A stretch of 64,000 nt of DNA, taken from contig JADJTQ010000010.1 in assembly GCA_016711125.1 (NCBI GenBank), positions 20,298 through 84,297 of the forward strand, read 5' to 3'. This DNA comes from Saprospiraceae bacterium (GTDB taxonomy: Bacteria > Bacteroidota > Bacteroidia > Chitinophagales > Saprospiraceae). The position numbers and the translations under genes are program-made. The stretch's first letter is position 1; each line of letters begins with the position of its first letter. Shown here in pieces: positions 56,080-62,313 of this stretch. A model generated the notes under the pieces. The model searched no databases and had not been told where the DNA came from. It worked only from the letters and a program-made list of their open reading frames with translations.

Positions 56080-56621
56080 TGTGTATGACATATTTCCCTA
56101 ATATGTGAAAATCATGAAAAAAAGTTGATCTTATTTGTTTGTTCTTTTGGCTTGCCCCTAAAAGAACCAAAAAGTCAAGGCTTTCGGCATTTCTTAACGG
56201 CGAAATAACCGGAAAATCCTAAACAAAATGAAACTCGCTTTGGTCTTCCTACCTTGCCGCTTTGTTCAAGATTACTTGGTTTTTCTGCTTGTTTTAATCG
56301 TTCCGATCAGCTCAAACACCATTTTGTTTTTAACGGATTTTTCGTCTATTTCGCCTAAAATGCCGAAGGCCGGTCCCTAGACCTTCCAGGAAGGTCTTCA
56401 CTATGTCGCTGCTCTCATCGTTCTTATTTCTTTATGCCTATGCTTGTCAGCTTTTGCCATTTTATCTCACAATTTGTTGTTTAAGGTCCGTCGATTGTAT
56501 CTCAACAGGCTTGTTCGAATTATTTCCCTTCGGATCTATGAACCTTGACTAAGTAAAATCAATCAGGGGATCGTCCAACGCTGCTCCAGTGCGTTGCTTG
56601 GGGGAGATTTGTCATGCACAC
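56080..56621. mobile_element. MITE-like non-autonomous element, copy B. It is intact, with terminal inverted repeats and a target-site duplication.
   Basis: Terminal repeats: (g)tgtgtatgacatatttccc versus the reverse complement of the right end, gtgtgcatgacaaatctccc. Direct repeat aagtaaagcg at 56070-56079 and 56622-56631. No ORF of 60 aa or more. Internal ~50-nt inverted arms at 56179-56230 and 56320-56371. Confidence 0.82.
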
Positions 56622-56812
56622 AAGTAAAGCGGCCTTTAAAAGAAAAAATTACCCGCCCTTAGTGCCTATGATCCTATATAACAAGCATAAACCTGCTGGC
56701 CTTGCCACGATGCTTGACCAGAGAAAATCACGTTAGCTTTTGATTTTTACGGCCCAGGGCAGGTGGTGGCTACTTATCCCTGGGCACTAAGCTTTCTTCG
56801 TACATTTACCCA

Positions 56813-58197
56813 ATGAATACCGCACACAATTCAACCATCGTTGCTTTGGCTACCCCGCCCGGAGTTGGAGCTTTGGGAGTCATTCGTCTTTCCGGACCTA
56901 AAAGTATAACGATTACGGATGATCTATTTATTGGTGCCAATCTGGAGAAAGCAAAAAGTCATACCATCCATTTTGGAAACGTGGTTGACAAGGATGGCAA
57001 AACTGTTGATGAAGTATTGGTTTTCTTATTTAAGGCACCCCATTCTTACACAGGAGAAGACGTAGTTGAGATTAGCTGTCATGGTTCGCAGTATATTCTG
57101 CAAAAAGTGATCGAACTATGTTTGGATAAAGGAGCCAACATGGCCCAACCCGGCGAATTTACGCTAAGGGCTTTTTTAAATGGCAAAATGGATTTGTCAC
57201 AAGCCGAAGCCGTCAGTGATCTGATCGTTTCGCAAAGTGCCGCCGCACATAAGATGGCCATTGATCAGATGCGGGGTGGTTATTCCAATAAAATACAGGA
57301 ATTAAGAAAACAATTGATTCATTTTGCCGGCATGCTCGAGTTGGAGCTGGATTTTGCTGAAGAGGATGTCGAATTTGCGGATCGCACCGAATTAATTAAA
57401 CTGGTAAAAAGTACACGAAAGACAGTCCATCAATTAATCGAATCTTTTAAACTGGGCAATGCCATTAAAACGGTGTCATAACAGTAATTGCCGGCAGTCC
57501 CAATGCTGGAAAATCAACTTTATTAAATCGATTATTAAAAGAAGAGCGAGCCATCGTCAGTGAAATTGCGGGTACTACCCGAGACACCGTTGAAGAAATA
57601 CTCAATATCAAAGGCATTAATTTTCGCCTGATTGATACGGCCGGCATCCGGGAGGCCCAGGATCAGATCGAAGAAATCGGAGTAAAAAAGACCATGGAAA
57701 AAATTGGCCAGGCCTCCCTCCTGCTCTATGTATTTGATGTGGCTCAAACCAGCGCCCACGAGGTCACCCAGGATTTGCAAAAACTGGAAAATAAAAACTT
57801 ACAATTGGTAGTCATTGCCAATAAAATGGATTTAAATCCCTATGCTAAAGCGGAAGAATATGTTTCACCGTATTTACGCCACGATCAATTTATCCCGGTG
57901 AGCGCCAAAAACGATATGAATGTTGAATATTTGAAAGATTATTTATACGATCTCCTTGCCGGTTCGAAATTAAATAGCGAATCGGTCATTGTCACCAATA
58001 CCCGCCATATCGATGCCTTGCAAAAAACGGATGCTGCATTAGAAAAAGTACTCACCGGCTTTGAGCAACAAATCACCAGCGATTTTATTGCCATGGATAT
58101 GCGCCAGGCCATTTATCACCTGGGTGAGATCACCGGAGAAATATCTACCGATGATTTGTTGGAGCATATTTTTAGGAATTTTTGTATTGGTAAATGA
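56813..58197 (+). CDS. mnmE: tRNA modification GTPase MnmE (TrmE). The frame is broken as sequenced.
   Basis: N-terminal TIVALATPPG, G-domain GSPNAGKSTLLN / DTAGIRE, C-terminal FCIGK. ORFs 56813..57481 and 57694..58197 plus an unlisted middle frame join as GNAIKNGVITVIAGSPNAGKS if the A4 run at 57467-57470 gains one base. Confidence 0.94.
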
Positions 58198-58600
58198 GCC
58201 AGCAAATCTTCGATTTGCGTAGGCGAACCACGGTGCTGACCGTAGCGTCAGTATTAGCCTGACCGCAGCGTCAGGATTGTTTTAAATTATGACTCAAACT
58301 ATTTTGGTAGTCAAATAATCTGGATAGTGTGACTCAATTTGGCCCCTTAGAATGGATAACTTAATTAATGAGCCAGCAAATCTTCGATTTGCGTGGGCGA
58401 ACCACGGTCCTGACCGCAGCGTCAGGATATCCTGACCAACGAACCTGGTCCTGACCGACGAAGGACTTGTGATGACTGGAGCCAAAGGCGAAACGTCAGC
58501 AGCGTTTAGGAGGAGCGTCAGGATTGCTATCTATTGTGATTCAAAACTACTTTGGATAATCAACTCTATCAAGTGCCTGGATAGTACGAGCGATAGCGAA
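58194..58600. repeat. Two tandem ~174-bp units (R1 58194-58367, R2 58368 to about 58600), rich in REP-like hairpins and starting at the mnmE stop codon.
   Basis: atgagccagcaaatcttcgatttgcg recurs at 58194 and 58368. Hairpins: gcaaatc-ttc-gatttgc and cctgac-cgcagc-gtcagg (several copies). Confidence 0.85.
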
Positions 58601-58651
58601 GTAATGTCGCATGAATCTCATGCGCATTGTTACCGATATACCATTCTTTTT

Positions 58652-58957
58652 CTATGCTATCTGTGATTCTCGTTTCTCCACTCTGAAGTTTACCGTTGCT
58701 TTCAGAGCATTAAATACTTTCATTATTGTGCCAATGGTTACGTTCGAGGTATTATTCTCCAATTTTGAGATTTGAGCCCTTTGTACGCCTACCAGTTTCC
58801 CGAGTTGTTCCTGGGTCAAATTTTGCTCTTTACGTAGAGTTTTGATTTGGTCTGAAAGAAGTTCAACTTTGAGCTCATATTCGTATTCATCCCGTTTTGG
58901 CGTTCCTACTTTTCCAAGTGTTTTGTCCTTCAGTTCTTCTAAACTTATTGTCTTCAT
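58652..58957 (-). CDS. HTH (XRE-family) antitoxin.
   Basis: MKTISLEELKDK...LTQEQLGKLVGVQRAQISKLENN. It lies immediately downstream of the RelE/ParE-type toxin gene. Confidence 0.85.
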   Translation of the reverse strand: MKTISLEELKDKTLGKVGTPKRDEYEYELKVELLSDQIKTLRKEQNLTQEQLGKLVGVQRAQISKLENNTSNVTIGTIMKVFNALKATVNFRVEKRESQIA

Positions 58958-59310
58958 TTGTTCTTGTTTTTAGTCTAAAATATCTCTTTTTGATCTGCTC
59001 TGCCCTCTTGATTTCTTTGAGTGGTGTTTTGTCGCTCTTTTTGTTAAATCCATGAGTTCCGATTACCAAGGTTTGGCGTTCCGCAGAATCCCAGAAGGCA
59101 AAAACTCGATAAAACTTTTGATGATCACTTTGCCTGAATTCATAGATGCCGTCTGAGCTTTTTAGTTTCTCGAACCAACTTCCCTTGTTTCCTGCTTGAG
59201 TTTTGTCAAAAGCCAAAAGGAATTTCTTCTGTATTTTCTCATCCTGCTCCAATATAGTCTTCTGCTTCTTTGAGCAATCGGACCTTTATGGGCTTCTTTA
59301 ATTTTGGCAT
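58887..59310 (-). pseudogene. RelE/ParE-superfamily (phage Gp49-like) toxin. As sequenced it is frame-broken at the N-terminus and runs 70 nt into the antitoxin.
   Basis: ATG 59310 gives MPKLKKPIKVRLLKEAEDY, then a 1-nt frame change near 59255 joins LEQDEKIQKKF...YEFR...FYRVFAFWD...THGFNKKSDKTPLKEIKRAEQIKKRYF. Adding one base in the T3 run at 58958-58960 would restore a canonical ATGA stop/start overlap. Confidence 0.7.
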
Positions 59311-59490
59311 GCCTAAAGATACGCATGTTTCCCTATATGGAACACGAAAAATTTTCAATTTGATTGTCAGCTCTTGATTTCGAAGAACTATTCTATTCTT
59401 TGGTTATCAGTAACGTCTAAGCATAGCCGACCGGCCATCCCTTTAGGTGAGCGGGCGACCTTTGCATTGTTACCTTTAGTCAGTCCTTCG

Positions 59491-59892
59491 CTATACCGTT
59501 TGTCTGACATTCTTTGGTTTTGCATTTTTGAGTTCGTACGGTTTACTAAAAGCTGTTGGCTTTAATTTGAACCTGTCCGACAATTTGTTGACCATTGTTT
59601 TACTGATATTTCTTCGATAGTTTAGAATATCAGTTATTAGTTGTCGCGAAACCTTGAGCTCTTTTGCCAATTGTGATTTGGTGACGCTGTTCTCTTGAAG
59701 TAAATAAGAAATTATCTCGACTGGATTCATTCCTTCTGGAGTTTCAATCGTTCTTTTTTCGTATTCATCAATTAAAATTTCGAGGAGTTCAATCTCTTCA
59801 AGGTTTGACTCATAATTATCGTACGTCAATTTCTCATGTAATTCGCAGTATTCATCGTACTGTTCGTCTGACTTTATTTTTGTGTATTTCAT
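59491..59892 (-). CDS. higA: HigA-family HTH antitoxin.
   Basis: N-terminal helical extension plus an HTH (VTKSQLAKELKVSRQLITDILNYRRNIS). 4-nt overlap with the upstream higB. Confidence 0.85.
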   Translation of the reverse strand: MKYTKIKSDEQYDEYCELHEKLTYDNYESNLEEIELLEILIDEYEKRTIETPEGMNPVEIISYLLQENSVTKSQLAKELKVSRQLITDILNYRRNISKTMVNKLSDRFKLKPTAFSKPYELKNAKPKNVRQTV

Positions 59893-60233
59893 TTTCCTTT
59901 TTTTTTGAACATTTCTACCGCGCAGACATCAATTAAGTCGTATTGTTTGTGAGTACCTACGAATTTAACATACAGTATTGTTTGGTTGGCCGCAAAATAA
60001 TAGCCTACAATCAATCTATATTTATTTTGTCCAATATTGAACACTATTCTGGAGGTTCCTTGTTTCGAACAAGTAACGAAATCAGAATTATTGAATGACT
60101 CGATTATGTCTTGAGGAGTTTTCCAATTAACGTCTTTTGCCACTTCGTAGAATCTCTCGAATGCCTTTAGCATCTTCTTGTCTGATTCACAATGCTTTAT
60201 GACATACTTCCATTTTATGATTCTAAGCTCCAC
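59889..60233 (-). CDS. higB: HigB-type mRNA interferase toxin (RelE-like, HigB_toxin family).
   Basis: W.TPQDI...RIVFNIGQNKYRLIV...VKFVGTHKQYDLIDV matches the HigB signature. Confidence 0.88.
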   Translation of the reverse strand: MELRIIKWKYVIKHCESDKKMLKAFERFYEVAKDVNWKTPQDIIESFNNSDFVTCSKQGTSRIVFNIGQNKYRLIVGYYFAANQTILYVKFVGTHKQYDLIDVCAVEMFKKKGK

Positions 60234-60299
60234 AATTCAAATATAGTGAATTATTTGATTGTACGCAATATGCTTACCTTGATAAGTCGGATTATCGGT

Positions 60300-60440
60300 A
60301 ACTTCTGGATAAGTCTAGTTGTATTTGGACCAATAAAACATTTAATTCAATAAGCCAGCAAATCTTCGATTTCGCGCATCGTCCTGACCGCAGCGTCAGG
60401 ATATCTTTACCGACAAAAGTAGCGTCGAGATTATTATACT
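60300..60440. repeat. Third copy (R3) of the mnmE-flank repeat: unit tail plus head with the REP hairpin.
   Basis: ctggataagtctagttgtatttggacc...ttaattcaataagccagcaaatcttcgatttcgcg...cctgaccgcagcgtcagg aligns to the R1 tail / R2 head junction. Confidence 0.75.
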
Positions 60441-60588
60441 CTTCCTTGTTTTATAATGGTAACAGCGCTGCAAGTTATGTCCAATTTTTAGATTTACAGG
60501 AGGACTTTTTCTGCACGACAAACTGATTCACGTAGATCACATCGTACTTGACACCAGTTCTTTCACAACAAGTACAAGTGATGTTGAA

Positions 60589-60852
60589 TTGGACTACTCA
60601 GCTTTTTTCAGTCCAAATCCTGCATCTGAGAATATATTGGTAAAAAAGGAGGCGCTCATTAGCTCTGAATATTTCAGAATTACTAATTCTAGTGGCAGTC
60701 AAATATACCACTTCCCAACAAGAGATAGATGGGGGTCTCAAGTTGAAAAAATTGATGTTGATATCTCACTTCTTCCAGTAGGCATGTATATCGGTCAGAT
60801 AATGTACACAGATGGAAAAAGTATAGCACAAAAACTGCTCATACATAGGTGA
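60589..60852 (+). pseudogene. Orphan T9SS C-terminal sorting domain (gene remnant).
   Basis: FSPNPASENILV...ISLLPVGMYIGQI...KLLIHR is a type A Por secretion tail. The frame is closed by a stop only about 40 codons upstream (60460-60462), so no passenger domain is present. Confidence 0.6.
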
Positions 60853-61074
60853 TTTTTCTGCCGGGAAAGATGGTGATTCACGCACTGCTAAAAATCTGCT
60901 TTCCGTCAAACCCAAGGCTTACTTTCACTGGCTTGACCTACCTTCCTGCCTCCCAAAAAAAAATAAAATCGCGCGATTCCTTTTTTCCTATCTTGAGACT
61001 GAGATCAGACCTGCCAAGTTCCTCTTTCACTGGATGTAACATTTATTGTCTTACTACTCTAAAGAAAGGTAAAG

Positions 61075-62091
61075 ATGATGAGAAACCTGATGACCTTAGC
61101 GGTACTTCTGCTACCGCTGCTGATTGGTGCTCAGAACCTTGAAGTACAAGGAAAAGCCAAGATAACCGAAATGGACAAAGTCAATACTGCTGATAGCGTC
61201 GTTGTGCGTCTGGCAGATGGTACGTTAGGAGTCCGCGATAAGTCTACTCTGACTCATGATATTAACGATCCCGTTAATGCCCAGGACGCAACGACCAAGG
61301 CATACGTAGATGCTCTTATTACACAACTGATGAACGATTTTGCTAACAGTAATGAAACATTTACTTCGCCTACAACCGGTACAGTGACAGATTCTGAAGG
61401 GAATGGTTACAATATTCTGAAAATTGGAGGGGAACAGGCCCCTGCAAGTAAGTCCCTGGATGGAGGTACATCGAATGTTGTGATTCCTACCGTGGGCCCT
61501 CAATGGTGGATGGTAGAGAACCTCCGAGCCACAAAATACAATGACGGCACGCCGATCCCACTAATTATAGATAGTATGCCGTGGGCTGCTCTTAGTACTC
61601 CCGGCCATTGCTGGTATAATAACGATTCTCTAACAAATGCAGGAACCTATGGTGCCTTGTACAACTATTATGCAGTGGCCGACACAAATAGTCGAAATGT
61701 ATGTCCTAGCGGCTGGCATGTATCAACTGACAGTGAGTGGAAAGGGCTTGAAAATTACCTTAAAGATAATGGATATGGATATGGAGGTAATGCCTCATTT
61801 ATTGCAAAATCATTGGCTTCTCAAATGGGCTGGAATTATAGCGTAACCGCAGGAACACCGGGCAACGACCAGGTCAATAACAATAGTAGCGGCTTTACAG
61901 GCTTCGCTGGGGGATGCCGCAACTCAGGCGGCTCGTATGCAGATATGAATAGGTTCGGGTATTGGTGGTGTCCAACTGAGCTCGATTTTGAAGCTAAATG
62001 GCATGTATTAGTATTTAGCTATGCCAGTTTAATTACGAATTACAGCGGTGATAAACCAAGAGGTTTTTCCATACGTTGCGTTAGAGATTAA
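61075..62091 (+). CDS. Secreted protein with a Fibrobacter succinogenes major paralogous (FISH) domain.
   Basis: Signal peptide. WMVENLRATKYNDGTPI, YGALYNYYA, CPSGWHVSTDSEW, GFAGGCRN, GYWW, FSIRCVRD. Confidence 0.8.
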   Translation: MMRNLMTLAVLLLPLLIGAQNLEVQGKAKITEMDKVNTADSVVVRLADGTLGVRDKSTLTHDINDPVNAQDATTKAYVDALITQLMNDFANSNETFTSPTTGTVTDSEGNGYNILKIGGEQAPASKSLDGGTSNVVIPTVGPQWWMVENLRATKYNDGTPIPLIIDSMPWAALSTPGHCWYNNDSLTNAGTYGALYNYYAVADTNSRNVCPSGWHVSTDSEWKGLENYLKDNGYGYGGNASFIAKSLASQMGWNYSVTAGTPGNDQVNNNSSGFTGFAGGCRNSGGSYADMNRFGYWWCPTELDFEAKWHVLVFSYASLITNYSGDKPRGFSIRCVRD

Positions 62092-62313
62092 ATTGTTTTT
62101 CTATGAAATAAAGGATAAGTATCAAAAAATAATTTTCCCGGCTCAGTACACCAAGCAACACAAGCCATGCGAAATAGAAACACGCTCCTTAATCAGATCG
62201 GCAACACACAAAATCTCCAAAGTACCTTTAGACTTGCTTTTTTATTTATAAAATCCCTTTTTTATTTCAACTCCTTTTTAGGTAAAGGATGGATAAAGTT
62301 TAAAGTATGGCTT

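Noticed and set aside
45442-56621. A composite transposon formed by the two MITE copies.
   Set aside because: Copy B has its own 9-10 bp target duplication, so it was an independent insertion. Copy A has none. There is no transposase, and the cargo looks like ordinary metabolic and envelope genes.
6620-59310. Programmed ribosomal frameshifting or an alternative genetic code as the explanation for the broken genes and in-frame stops.
   Set aside because: The breaks hit unrelated genes at ordinary homopolymers without shared slippery-site or stimulator structure. Most genes translate full-length with the standard code and end in ordinary stops. Error or decay is more parsimonious.
58194-60440. 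A complete SGI1-like integrative island at mnmE.
   Set aside because: Only att-like repeats and two TA modules are present. There is no integrase, excisionase or mobilisation gene, so at most this is a hotspot or scar.
61075-62091. The FISH-domain protein as a diversity-generating retroelement target.
   Set aside because: I could find no reverse transcriptase gene and no nearby template-repeat copy of its C-terminal region in the window.
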